DNA from: an uncultured Prevotellaceae bacterium
GTDB lineage: Bacteria > Bacteroidota > Bacteroidia > Bacteroidales > Bacteroidaceae
Reading direction: 5' to 3'
DNA length: 64,000 nucleotides
Assembly (NCBI GenBank): GCA_946188345.1
Contig: CAMHUI010000005.1
Span: 25,435-89,434 of the forward strand
Both the position numbers and the translations under genes were made by a program. The notes below the pieces were generated by a model. That model had not been told where the DNA came from and did not search any database. It saw only the letters and a list, made by a program, of their open reading frames with translations. This document shows, one piece after another, positions 1 through 9,665 of this stretch. Positions within the stretch are counted from its first letter, which is position 1; the number at the start of each line of letters is the position of its first letter.

Positions 1-334
1 GTCCCAGCACGGTTTCATAGACGGCGGCCAGCACGGGGTCGATGTTGCGGGCCTCTACTTCCGACCGTTTCAGGCGCTCCAGCTGCGGACGAAGGGAGTC
101 TGGACTCACCTCCGACTGCACCTGCACGTGCATAAGCCGGGCCTTCAGCAGGTTGCCATAGGAGCGTTCCTGCCGCGCCTTATCTTCGATACGCTGGAGG
201 ACTTCCAACTGCGTCTGCGGAAGATCTTTCTGCTGGGCAGTGGTCACCTGTTTCCATAACTGAGCATAACCTTGTGCATTCATATTCATAGGAATGGCCG
301 CCAGGACCATAATGAGGACTTTAAATAGCTTCAT
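1..334 (-). CDS. N-terminus of a large exported protein, probably alpha-2-macroglobulin family (runs off the window start)
   Basis: Manual translation from ATG at 334: MKLFKVLIMVLAAIPMNMNAQGYAQLWKQVTTAQQKDLPQTQLEVL... Signal peptide ends MNA-Q; the LWKQV..KDLP start resembles Bacteroidetes A2M proteins; frame is open to position 1. Confidence 0.6.
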   Translation of the reverse strand, partial: MKLFKVLIMVLAAIPMNMNAQGYAQLWKQVTTAQQKDLPQTQLEVLQRIEDKARQERSYGNLLKARLMHVQVQSEVSPDSLRPQLERLKRSEVEARNIDPVLAAVYETVLG

Positions 335-577
335 AAGCGTGCCTTATTGAAAAATTCATATACTTTTGCAAAGATACACATTTCTTCGGAGGAGGCAAAG
401 GCTTTCCTTTTTTTTTTATATTATTTAAGGTTCGCGCGAACCAATTGCGCCCTCGGAAGGCAGAGAGTTCGGGGGTGGCTCCACCCCATCCTCAACCCAA
501 AAGAAGAGGGAGTTGCCCTTGCAACCAATAATCCTGCAAAGTCCCCACCGCCAGGGAGGGATAAAAAGCAACACCTT

Positions 578-1000
578 TTGTCAAAAATTTTTATCAAAAA
601 ATTCTGTCAGGTTTTTCGGGTGTTCTAGCAAAAATTTTTCAACTTTCAGGCCGATTTTTGGGACCTTCACAAGCAAGTTCTCAGACTTTTGGTACAAATC
701 GTCAAGACTTTTGTACCGATTCGCCCGATGATATCTTAGAAATCGCATCACGATTTCTAAGATATCGTCATGACTTTTGTACCAAAAGTCTGAACGAAAG
801 CCTGCCTTTCGCTGTTCGAAAGGTCGGCTCCGTTGGTCGGTTTGTCGGTGGTTAACGAGGATAGAAAAGCTATCTCTTTCATTCTCAACTGGTTAAACAA
901 AACGGCTCAAAACTCCGTTATTTACGACCGAGGGAAAAAATTTTTCAAAAGATGGCATTCTCAGGGCCGAAAAACGAGATTTTTGTCAAGAAAATTCAAA
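578..1000 (+). repeat. ~420-bp dispersed non-coding structured element, copy 1
   Basis: Reverse complement of 31199-31620; core 680-859 has one mismatch by eye; nested inverted repeats inside. Confidence 0.9.
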
Positions 1001-1074
1001 TAAGTTCTCATTGGCTTACCCTTCGGTTCCTCATTTCTCTTACTTCATTTCTCATTTCTCATTTAAATTAGTTT

Positions 1075-1241
1075 CTCCCGCTCGGCTAAACGTAAAAAAA
1101 ACATAAACAAGTTTCTGTTTTCTTTGTTTTGCGCTCGCTTATTCGTACCTTTGGATAAGGTACTCCCGCTCGGCTAAACGTAAAAAAAACATAAACAAGT
1201 TTCTGTTTTCTTTGTTTTGCGCTCGCTTATTCGTACCTTTG
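1075..1241 (+). repeat. Tandem duplication (79-bp unit, 88-bp period), each unit ending in a Bacteroidetes promoter
   Basis: CTCCCGCTCGGCTAAACG...GCTCGCTTATTCGTACCTTTG at 1075-1153 and 1163-1241; each has TTTG-N19-TAccTTTG. Confidence 0.9.
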
Positions 1242-1265
1242 TCCTCAAAATCAGAAAAAACAGAT

Positions 1266-3809
1266 ATGATGAAAGACGTTTTAAAGCGTTGGCTGCCCGA
1301 TGTAGTGGCCGTAGCGCTCTTTGCAGTGATTGCATTTGCCTACTTCATGCCCGCCGACCTTGACGGGCGCATCCTCTACCGACATGATGCCTCGGCCGGC
1401 CGGGGCGCCGGACAGGAACAACTGGAGTATAAAGCCCGAACCGGAGAAAGGACCCGATGGACCAACAGCACGTTCAGCGGCATGCCTACCTACCAGACGG
1501 CACCGTCGTACGACTCTACCGACACGCTGCAGACGGCCGTCAAGGCCTACCACCTGTGGCTGCCAGAGAATGTATGGTACGTGTTCGTCTATCTCCTTGG
1601 CTTCTACATCCTGATTAAAAGCATCCTTCCTCGGCCAGCAGACGGGCGTGATGCCACGGGGGCCATACTCGCCTTTCTTGGAGCCATCGCGTGGGCCTTC
1701 TCGTCGTACTTCTTCATCATCATCGCCGCCGGACATATCTGGAAGGTGTGGGCCCTGGCCTATCTGCCGCCACTCATCGCTGGCATCGTGCTCTGCTATC
1801 GGGGACGCTACCTCTGGGGATTCATCCTCACGGCCATCTTCACAGCCTTCGAAATTAACGCCAACCACATCCAGATGACCTACTACTTCCTGTTCGTCAT
1901 CCTGGCCATGGTCATCGCCTTCTTCATTGAAGCCCTGAAGGCCAAGCGCCTGACGGGATTCTGGAAAGGGACTGCCATCAGCATCATGGCAGCTCTCGTG
2001 GGCATCGGCATCAATATCTCGAACCTCTACCACACGTGGCAGTATGGCCAGGAGTCGATGCGCGGCAAGTCGGAGCTCGTCAAGCCCGACACCCAGCAGG
2101 CAGCCACCAACGGGCTCGACCGCGACTACATCACCCAATGGTCGTATGGCATCGGCGAGACATGGACACTGCTCATCCCCAACGCCAAGGGCGGGGCTCA
2201 CAGCATCCAGCTCTCGAGCAACGACAAGGCCATGGAGAAATGCGACCCGGAGCTGCGGAGCACCGTCGGCCAGTGGTACCAATACTGGGGCGACCAGCCC
2301 TTCACGGCAGGCCCCGTCTACGTGGGCGCCTTCGTGCTGATGCTCTTCATCCTCGGGCTCTTCGTCGTGAAAGGTCCCATGAAGTGGGCACTGCTCGCCG
2401 CCACCATCCTCTCCATAGCACTCTCGTGGGGTAAGAACATGATGTGGCTGACCGACCTCTTCATCGACTATATGCCCATGTATGCGAAGTTCCGCACCGT
2501 GTCGTCCATCCTCGTCATTGCCGAGTTCACCATTCCCCTGCTGGCCATCTTAGGCCTCTGGAGCTGGATGACGGGAGCTCACGGCAGCCAGCGTCCCACC
2601 TCTGACCTTAAGGCCATCGCCGCAGCCTTCCTGCTCACGGGCGGCTTCTGCCTGCTGTTTGCCCTGGCACCCGGCATCTACTCCTCGTCTTTCGTCTCAG
2701 CAGCCGACAAGATGCAGATAGCACAATACATTCCCGAAGAATACCTGGCCACCGTACTGGCCAACATCAGCAAGGTGCGCGAGGCCGTCTTCGTGCAGGA
2801 CTGCTGGCGGTCGTTCATCGTCATCGCCATCGGCACGGTCCTGCTGCTGCTCTACCGCTATAACAAACTCTCGGCGAAGGCTACCGTCACCGCCGTCATC
2901 GTGCTCTGCCTCGCAGACATGTGGATGGTCAACAAACGCTATCTGAACGACTCGATGTTTGTCAACAAGATTGAGCGCGAAGCCCCACAGCAGATGACCC
3001 AGACCGACAGAATCATCCTGCAGGACAAGTCACTCGACTACCGCGTGCTGAACATGGCCTCCAACACGTTCAACGAAAACGAGACCAGCTACTACCATAA
3101 GTCCATCGGCGGCTACCACGCAGCCAAGCTCCGCCGCTATCAGGAGCTTATCGATGCCTACATCGCACCCGAGATGCCGCAGCTGATGAATGCCATTGCC
3201 GGTGCACGAGGAGACATGGACATGGTGAACGGCGACAGCATCAGCCCCGTCATCAACATGCTCAATGCGAAATACATCATCATGCCCCTGCAGGGCGGAG
3301 GTTCGGCCCCGCTGGAGAACCCCTATGCCATGGGCAACGCATGGATAGCCAACCGCATCACCTACGTGAACACCGCCAACGAGGAACTCGAGGGCATCGC
3401 CACAATCGACCTGCGTCATGAGGCTGTGGCCGACAAGCGCTTCGAGGGTATCCTCGGACAGGCCACCGACGCCGAGGGCTCTTGCACGCTGACCGCCTAC
3501 GAGCCCAACGAACTGAAATACACCGTCGAGACAAACAAGGAGACCGTAGTCGTATTCTCTGAAATCTACTATCCTGGCTGGACTGCAACGATAGACGGCA
3601 ACAAGGCAGAGGTCGGACGCGTGAACTACGTCTTGAGGGCCCTGCGCATACCGCAAGGCAAGCACGAAGTGGTGCTCTCGTTCAAACCCACGTCTGTCAA
3701 GACGACTGAGACCATTGCCTATATCTCCTATGCCCTGCTGATACTCGCCATCCTCGGAGCAGCTGGCTATCAGCTTGCCAGAAAGAGAAAGGAAAAGGCT
3801 GAACACTAA
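1266..3809 (+). CDS. YfhO-family multi-pass membrane protein (GT-C-type glycosyltransferase-like)
   Basis: WTNSTFSGMPTYQ, WSYGIGET, GGYHAAKLRRYQ and SEIYYPGW motifs; many TM helices. Start moved to ATG 1266, downstream of the promoter. Confidence 0.85.
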   Translation: MMKDVLKRWLPDVVAVALFAVIAFAYFMPADLDGRILYRHDASAGRGAGQEQLEYKARTGERTRWTNSTFSGMPTYQTAPSYDSTDTLQTAVKAYHLWLPENVWYVFVYLLGFYILIKSILPRPADGRDATGAILAFLGAIAWAFSSYFFIIIAAGHIWKVWALAYLPPLIAGIVLCYRGRYLWGFILTAIFTAFEINANHIQMTYYFLFVILAMVIAFFIEALKAKRLTGFWKGTAISIMAALVGIGINISNLYHTWQYGQESMRGKSELVKPDTQQAATNGLDRDYITQWSYGIGETWTLLIPNAKGGAHSIQLSSNDKAMEKCDPELRSTVGQWYQYWGDQPFTAGPVYVGAFVLMLFILGLFVVKGPMKWALLAATILSIALSWGKNMMWLTDLFIDYMPMYAKFRTVSSILVIAEFTIPLLAILGLWSWMTGAHGSQRPTSDLKAIAAAFLLTGGFCLLFALAPGIYSSSFVSAADKMQIAQYIPEEYLATVLANISKVREAVFVQDCWRSFIVIAIGTVLLLLYRYNKLSAKATVTAVIVLCLADMWMVNKRYLNDSMFVNKIEREAPQQMTQTDRIILQDKSLDYRVLNMASNTFNENETSYYHKSIGGYHAAKLRRYQELIDAYIAPEMPQLMNAIAGARGDMDMVNGDSISPVINMLNAKYIIMPLQGGGSAPLENPYAMGNAWIANRITYVNTANEELEGIATIDLRHEAVADKRFEGILGQATDAEGSCTLTAYEPNELKYTVETNKETVVVFSEIYYPGWTATIDGNKAEVGRVNYVLRALRIPQGKHEVVLSFKPTSVKTTETIAYISYALLILAILGAAGYQLARKRKEKAEH

Positions 3810-3839
3810 AGAGTCTACATTCAAGAGACAACATTCCAC

Positions 3840-4643
3840 ATGGAGTTCCGCACGATAGTCGACATACCCAAGCCCCCCTTCACGATAGAGCCCTGCCAGA
3901 GGATGCTCTTCGTGGGGTCTTGCTTTGCCGACAGCATCGGGCGCCGAGCCCAGCAGGAGAAGTTCCGGGCTGTGGTCAACCCGTATGGGGTGATGTATAA
4001 TCCCGTCTCCATCCTGCACACCCTGCAGCGGCTCTCACCCGACGTTCCGCCCTTGGTCGTCCTGACCCTTGGCACCAATCACGTCTATCGGGAGAAAGCG
4101 ACGGGCGAGATTGTAGACAACTGCCAGAAACGCCCCCAGAATCTCTTTACGGAAGAAATCCTTTCAGCCGATGAATGTGCAGACTATCTGAACCATACCG
4201 TCGACCTCTTGCAGCAACATTGTCCCGACGTAAAGGTCATCCTGACCGTCAGCCCCATCCGCTACCGCAAGTACGGCTACCATGAGAGCCAGCTGTCGAA
4301 GGCGACCCTGCTGCTGGCAGCCGACAGACTTGTTTCTTCAAATGCAGCTGTATGCTACTTCCCTGCCTACGAGATTGTGCTCGACGAGTTGCGCGACTAC
4401 CGCTTCTACCAGCCCGACATGCTTCATCCCTCGGAACAGGCGGTGGAATACATCTGGCAACGTTTCGGCGAGACATTCTTCTCGGAACGCACCCAAGCCT
4501 TCCTGAAAGAGTGGAAGCCCATCCGTGAAGCCCTCAGCCACCGGCCTTTCAACCCCGACAGCGATGACTATAAGACCTTTCTCGCTGCCACGCAGGAGAA
4601 AGCCCGTCTGCTGGCCCAACGCTACGAAGGATTTGAACTATAG
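3840..4643 (+). CDS. GSCFA domain protein (SGNH-like)
   Basis: GSCFA, NPYG, TVSPIR, YFPAYE, DELRDYRFY and DMLHP motifs. Confidence 0.9.
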   Translation: MEFRTIVDIPKPPFTIEPCQRMLFVGSCFADSIGRRAQQEKFRAVVNPYGVMYNPVSILHTLQRLSPDVPPLVVLTLGTNHVYREKATGEIVDNCQKRPQNLFTEEILSADECADYLNHTVDLLQQHCPDVKVILTVSPIRYRKYGYHESQLSKATLLLAADRLVSSNAAVCYFPAYEIVLDELRDYRFYQPDMLHPSEQAVEYIWQRFGETFFSERTQAFLKEWKPIREALSHRPFNPDSDDYKTFLAATQEKARLLAQRYEGFEL

Positions 4644-4648
4644 AAAGA

Positions 4649-4999
4649 ATGAGAAAAGTGCTCAAACGACAACAACGCGCAGCCTGGCTACTGCTGATGC
4701 TCTATGTACCGCTGTTGCTGGCCATCTCTACTCACATCCATACAGAAGTGGCCGACGACATCGCATGCGAAGAGTGTCTGCATCATGTCTGCCACGAAAG
4801 CCACTTCTCACAGGACAGCTTCACATGGGACGACTGCGTGCTCTGCCAGCTTAACAGCGCACCTTGTGTCGTACCTTCTACGCTTTCACTCACTACTTAT
4901 TCCAACGACTCCCACACAACGCCGACAATGGCCGTGGCCATACCACCCACGTCCATTGTCAGCCTTCATTCTCCCCGCGCACCACCCTATTCATTCTGA
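4649..4999 (+). CDS. DUF2946/CruR-like His/Cys-rich upstream ORF with C-terminal RAPP motif
   Basis: N-terminal hydrophobic helix, HIH, CEEC, CVLC and ...SPRAPPYSF; directly upstream of a TonB-dependent receptor. Confidence 0.8.
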   Translation: MRKVLKRQQRAAWLLLMLYVPLLLAISTHIHTEVADDIACEECLHHVCHESHFSQDSFTWDDCVLCQLNSAPCVVPSTLSLTTYSNDSHTTPTMAVAIPPTSIVSLHSPRAPPYSF

Positions 5000-5052
5000 C
5001 AAGCCGACAACCCACACCCCTTACCTTTATTTACATATTAAGAACTATCAGA

Positions 5053-7182
5053 ATGAAACTCCATATACTTTTGGCAGGGATGCTGATTGCACCTGCCTTG
5101 CCAGCCACAGCCCAAGTGGCCGTTCCTCACCTCTATGTTGAGCAGGATACTTGTGTAGAAATCAATGAAGTCGTCGTCACCGGCCTGACGGGTACAACTA
5201 AGATGAAGTATTCGCCGACCCCAATCACTGTTGTCAACAAGGCAACGCTGCACGGCCAGCCTTCAACCAACATCATCGATGCCCTGAGCCGTCAGCCTGG
5301 CATGTCGCAGGTCACGACAGGCAGCGGCATCAGCAAGCCCGTCATCCGCGGACTGGGCTACAACCGTGTGGTGGTGGTCAACGATGGCATCCGGCAGGAA
5401 GGACAGCAATGGGGCGACGAACACGGCATAGAGATTGACGGAGAGACCGTCAACTCCGTAGAAATCCTTAAAGGTCCAGCCTCCCTGCGCTACGGCAGCG
5501 ATGCCATGGCTGGCGTCATCATCTTCCACGACGCACCCATGCTATCTGAAGACGGCATCCGAAACAGCCTTTCCACCGAGTATCAGACGAACAACGGCCT
5601 CTTTGACTATTCTGCCATGACGCAGGGACGGCAGGGGAATATCTTCTGGAACGCCCGGTGGACCCAGAGAATGGCACATGCCTATCAGAACAAATACGAC
5701 GGCTACGTTTATGGCTCTCAGTTCCGCGAACAGGCTGCCACAGGCCACGTCGGATTGCTTCACAGCCTCGGCCAGGCACGGCTCCATCTCTCCTATTTCA
5801 ACAGCCTACCCAGTATCATTGAGGGCGAACGCGATCCGTTCACTGGCGATTTCGAGATGGCTGACGGATTTACCAACATCAAGTCATACCACCATGCCAT
5901 GCCTTATCAGCGCATCAACCACTATAAGGCCGTCATTGACAACACACTGGCCATCGGCGAAGGGTCTATGAAGATGACGCTGGCTTATCAGCAGAACCAC
6001 CGCAAGGAGTTTGAGGAAAGCCCCGACGAGGCCGGACTCTACCTGCAGCTGAACACGGTGAACTACGACATCCACTACCATGTACCGGTCTTTAGCTCCT
6101 GGCAGCTTGTCACAGGCATCGCCGGCATGTACCAGCACTCTGACAACAAAGGCGACGAATACCTTATTCCCGACTACGGGCTCTTTGACGTAGGACTCTT
6201 CGCCACTGTCTCAAAGAGTTTCCGGAAATGGACGCTCAGCGGAGGCCTAAGAGCCGACTACCGCCACATTCACAGCCACGGACTTTATGATCAAGGCCGA
6301 CTGAGATTCACCGACTTCACGCGTAATCTGACCGGATATACAGGCAGCGCAGGCATCATCTACAACATCACACCGCGCATGAACTTCCGAGCCAACCTCT
6401 CGAGAGGCTTCCGAGCTCCTAACATCTCAGAGCTGGGCTCCAACGGTATTCACGAGGGAACGGCAAGATATGAGATAGGAAACAGTCAGCTGAAGTCGGA
6501 ATACAGCACGCAGATTGACCTCGGAGTTGACTATTCGTCGTACATCATCTCCGTGCAGCTGGCCCTCTTCGCCAACCAGATCGACAACTTCATCTTTGCA
6601 GCGACTTATGAGCCTTCGTCCAACGCCTACCTCCCTGCGTCCAACATCTACCGCACATACAAATATACCCAAGGTGACGCCCGACTCTATGGCGGTGAGA
6701 TTTCTGTAGACATGCACCCTGTGAAGAACCTTCACTTCGACAACAGTTTTTCTTTTGTCAACGCCCGGCAGCTGCACCAGCCTGAAGCATCGCGCTGGCT
6801 GCCGCTGACGCCAGCGCCGAGATGGAACATGGACCTGCGCTACGAATGGCCGACCTTCCCGCTACTGAGCAAGAACCTCAGCAACACGTTCCTGTCGGCT
6901 GGTATGGAGTGTAACTTCCGGCAGAACCACTTCTATGCCCAGGACAATACCGAGACGGCCACTCCTTCATATACCCTGTTCAATGCTGCCATCGGCACCG
7001 ACATCCTGTCAAAAGGCCAGCGCGTCGCATCGGTCAGCATCATCGGCAGCAATCTCACCGACAGAGCCTACCAGCACCACCTCAGTCGGCTGAAATACAC
7101 CGACTGGAACCCTGCCACAGGCAAAACGGGAATCTTTAATATGGGAAGGAACGTAGCCTTCAAATTAATCATTTACATGTAA
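5053..7182 (+). CDS. TonB-dependent receptor (probable metal uptake)
   Basis: Signal peptide ATA-Q, TonB box EVVVTG, plug motifs IRGLG and VEILKGPASLRYGSDAMAGVI, QEGQQWGDEHG, beta-barrel C-terminus. Start at ATG 5053. Confidence 0.9.
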   Translation: MKLHILLAGMLIAPALPATAQVAVPHLYVEQDTCVEINEVVVTGLTGTTKMKYSPTPITVVNKATLHGQPSTNIIDALSRQPGMSQVTTGSGISKPVIRGLGYNRVVVVNDGIRQEGQQWGDEHGIEIDGETVNSVEILKGPASLRYGSDAMAGVIIFHDAPMLSEDGIRNSLSTEYQTNNGLFDYSAMTQGRQGNIFWNARWTQRMAHAYQNKYDGYVYGSQFREQAATGHVGLLHSLGQARLHLSYFNSLPSIIEGERDPFTGDFEMADGFTNIKSYHHAMPYQRINHYKAVIDNTLAIGEGSMKMTLAYQQNHRKEFEESPDEAGLYLQLNTVNYDIHYHVPVFSSWQLVTGIAGMYQHSDNKGDEYLIPDYGLFDVGLFATVSKSFRKWTLSGGLRADYRHIHSHGLYDQGRLRFTDFTRNLTGYTGSAGIIYNITPRMNFRANLSRGFRAPNISELGSNGIHEGTARYEIGNSQLKSEYSTQIDLGVDYSSYIISVQLALFANQIDNFIFAATYEPSSNAYLPASNIYRTYKYTQGDARLYGGEISVDMHPVKNLHFDNSFSFVNARQLHQPEASRWLPLTPAPRWNMDLRYEWPTFPLLSKNLSNTFLSAGMECNFRQNHFYAQDNTETATPSYTLFNAAIGTDILSKGQRVASVSIIGSNLTDRAYQHHLSRLKYTDWNPATGKTGIFNMGRNVAFKLIIYM

Positions 7183-7186
7183 AAGA

Positions 7187-7231
7187 AAAGAGGAATGGAA
7201 ACAACACCTTTCGCTGTTTCCATTCCCCTTT
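7187..7231. terminator. Bidirectional intrinsic terminator between convergent receptor and queF genes
   Basis: AAAAGAGGAATGGAAACA...TGTTTCCATTCCCCTTTT hairpin. Confidence 0.7.
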
Positions 7232-7251
7232 TACTGATATTCTTGGTCGGC

Positions 7252-7713
7252 CTATTCGTGTTCTTCAAGACGCTTGATGGCAAGCTGCTCCCAACGAGTG
7301 CCGGGCTGGCCATAGTTGGCGTAGGGCCAGATGCTGATACCGCCCCGGGGCGTGAAGAGTCCCGTCACCTCGATATAATTCGGCTGCATCAGGCGGATGA
7401 GGTCCTTCATTATGATGTTCACACAGTCTTCATGGAAGTCGCCGTGGTTACGGAAGGAGAAGAGATATAGCTTCAGGCTCTTGCTCTCCACCATGCGGTC
7501 GGCCGGGACGTAGCTGATGCGAATCTCGGCAAAGTCGGGCTGCCCGGTAATGGGACAGAGCGTTGTAAACTCCGGACAATTGAACCGAACCCAATAGTCG
7601 TTCTCCTTATGTCTGTTTTCAAAAGTCTCCAGCACCTCAGGGGCATAGTTGTCGCTGTACTTCACTTGAGCGCCCAGCTGCTGCAGGCCCTCTTCTTTTC
7701 TATTATCGCTCAT
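7252..7713 (-). CDS. queF: preQ0 reductase (NADPH-dependent 7-cyano-7-deazaguanine reductase), type I
   Basis: [21 protein letters not shown] and PRGG motifs. Confidence 0.97.
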   Translation of the reverse strand: MSDNRKEEGLQQLGAQVKYSDNYAPEVLETFENRHKENDYWVRFNCPEFTTLCPITGQPDFAEIRISYVPADRMVESKSLKLYLFSFRNHGDFHEDCVNIIMKDLIRLMQPNYIEVTGLFTPRGGISIWPYANYGQPGTRWEQLAIKRLEEHE

Positions 7714-8399
7714 ATAATAAAGATTTTCAGAATGTTATAACTAATGTTCTCATCATAGGCATCGACACCCTCGTAGCGTTTCACCCACTTGACGACACGA
7801 ATCGTCAGCGGCAGGATGACCACCTCGTAGGCGGTCTTCAGAAACACCTGAGTGAGCATCAGCAGAGGCAGTTCCCTTGCCGGCACCACTCCCGAGAGGG
7901 CCAGCGGAAAGAAGATGATGGAGTCAACGGTCTCGCCATAAACAGAGCTGAGGATGGCACGCAGGGGGAAGCGGCGGCCGCGGTCGCGCACCTTCATGCG
8001 GCTCATCACGTAGGCATTGACAAACGAACCCGCCAAGAAGGCCACAAACGATGCAGCGGCAATACGCGGAGCCAGACCGAAGACAGCATGGAAGCCAGCA
8101 TCGTTGTCCCAATACGAAGCACCGGGCAACCAGTCACAAAGCGCTCCCATGGCTACGACAAAGAAGTTCATGGTAAAGCCAGTCCAAATGAGTAGCCGGG
8201 CCTTACGGAAGCCCCACACCTCACTCACGCAGTCGTTGATGATATACGAAACAGGGAATACCAGCAATCCACCGGTCTGTGACAGTGGCCCAAGCGCTAT
8301 CTGCTTTGTTTCCAATAGGTTTGCCGTAATCAGGCAAACACAGAAGAGTATACTGAAAAGCATGAACAGCACACTCACCATCGGCTTATTCTTTTCCAT
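7710..8399 (-). CDS. yhhQ: Queuosine precursor transporter (YhhQ/Vut_1 family)
   Basis: [27 protein letters not shown] and GETVDSIIF; overlaps queF by 4 bp; preQ1 riboswitch upstream. Confidence 0.9.
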   Translation of the reverse strand: MEKNKPMVSVLFMLFSILFCVCLITANLLETKQIALGPLSQTGGLLVFPVSYIINDCVSEVWGFRKARLLIWTGFTMNFFVVAMGALCDWLPGASYWDNDAGFHAVFGLAPRIAAASFVAFLAGSFVNAYVMSRMKVRDRGRRFPLRAILSSVYGETVDSIIFFPLALSGVVPARELPLLMLTQVFLKTAYEVVILPLTIRVVKWVKRYEGVDAYDENISYNILKIFII

Positions 8400-8401
8400 T
8401 T

Positions 8402-8437
8402 CCTTGTTTTGTTAAAGGGGGTTGAGCAAGTACCCCT
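8402..8437 (-). ncRNA. preQ1 class I riboswitch
   Basis: Minus strand AGGGGUACUUGCUCAACCCCCUUUAACAAAACAAGG: P1 AGGGG/CCCCU, loop CUUG pairing with 3' CAAG, A-rich tail; directly before yhhQ-queF. Confidence 0.88.
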
Positions 8438-8452
8438 GTCTGTTTTCGGGTG

Positions 8453-8460
8453 CAAAGGTA
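8453..8460 (-). promoter_or_regulatory. Bacteroidetes sigma70 -7 element for yhhQ-queF
   Basis: TAccTTTG on the minus strand just 5' of the riboswitch. Confidence 0.7.
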
Positions 8461-8742
8461 CGAAAAAATCGATTAAGTGAGGAAGAATGAATCCATTTAT
8501 TTTTCCGAGCGTGAAATTTTTATCAAAGAAATGAGCGAAAAACAAAGAAAAGACAAAGTTTTTTAGTTTTGTTTTGCCGAGCGAGAGTAACTCCGGCAGA
8601 GCACAATAAGAAATAAAGAAATCAAGAATATAAGAAAAAAACTTAATTTATTGAGTAGAATGGCGGCATATTCTGTCTTTTTTCATAATTTTGCAAAAGT
8701 GTTTACACCAAAAGACAACGACAAACAAATTAAGAAGACAAT

Positions 8743-9606
8743 ATGAAGAAACTCATCCTTCTCGCTGCCGCCGTCATGATGGCCATCGCAGCTACGGCAC
8801 AGCAGGCGCTGCCTGAAATCAAAGACGCCGCACTGAAAGCCAAATACGAGGCGTTCATGGAACAACTCAAAGCGCCCAACGAGGTGCTGGCCGAAGAATA
8901 CCAGAACTATATGGCCCTGCAGGGCGACACCTCCGAAGAGGCTGCTGCCAAGCGCAAAGCCATCGAAGAACGCTTCGACAAAGTACAAAAGCAGATGGTC
9001 GGACTCTATCGCAAGGCCATCAACGAGAATCAGGACAACATCCTGCCCGCCTACTTCATCGCTCAGACTTACCACAACTACGAGTTCGACGAGCTGAAAG
9101 AACTCTGTAAGCCCGGCACAGCCTACTACGACCACGAACTGATGGCACAGCCCAAGGCCTTTCTGGCTTCGCTCGAAAAGCGACAGACTGGGCGCCAGTT
9201 TGCCGAGCTCGAGATGAACGACCTCGAGGGCAAGCCCGTGAAACTCAGTCAGTTCGTCGGCAAGGGCAAATATGTGCTCGTCGACTTCTGGGCCTCATGG
9301 TGCGGTCCCTGCCGTCAGGAGATGCCCACCGTCGTGAAGAGCTATGCCACCTACAAGGACAAAGGCTATGAAATCGTAGGTGTGTCGTTCGACCAGAAGG
9401 CAGAGCCCTGGAAGAAAGCCGTCACTGACCTGGGCATGACATGGCCCCAGATGTCCGACCTGAAGGGCTGGCAGTGCCAGGCCAATGAGGTATATGGCGT
9501 CAACAGCATCCCCTCGAACGTACTCATCGACCCACAGGGGAAAATCATCGCCCACGACCTTCGCGGCGAGAATCTGCTCAACACCCTCGCCGAGCTCTTC
9601 AAGTAA
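8743..9606 (+). CDS. TlpA-like thiol:disulfide oxidoreductase (exported)
   Basis: Signal peptide; VLVDFWASWCGPCR; TAatTTTG at 8686. Confidence 0.9.
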   Translation: MKKLILLAAAVMMAIAATAQQALPEIKDAALKAKYEAFMEQLKAPNEVLAEEYQNYMALQGDTSEEAAAKRKAIEERFDKVQKQMVGLYRKAINENQDNILPAYFIAQTYHNYEFDELKELCKPGTAYYDHELMAQPKAFLASLEKRQTGRQFAELEMNDLEGKPVKLSQFVGKGKYVLVDFWASWCGPCRQEMPTVVKSYATYKDKGYEIVGVSFDQKAEPWKKAVTDLGMTWPQMSDLKGWQCQANEVYGVNSIPSNVLIDPQGKIIAHDLRGENLLNTLAELFK

Positions 9607-9634
9607 TCAATCTGCACATCTCCTATATATCGCC

Positions 9635-9665
9635 AAAAGAGGACGGGCACTCCGTCCTCTTTTTT
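9635..9665 (+). terminator. Intrinsic terminator
   Basis: AAAAGAGGACGG-GCACT-CCGTCCTCTTTTTT. Confidence 0.85.

Noticed and set aside
347-855. Short ORFs 347-628, 513-731 and 658-855
   Set aside because: They overlap promoter and repeat DNA and have no protein-like features.
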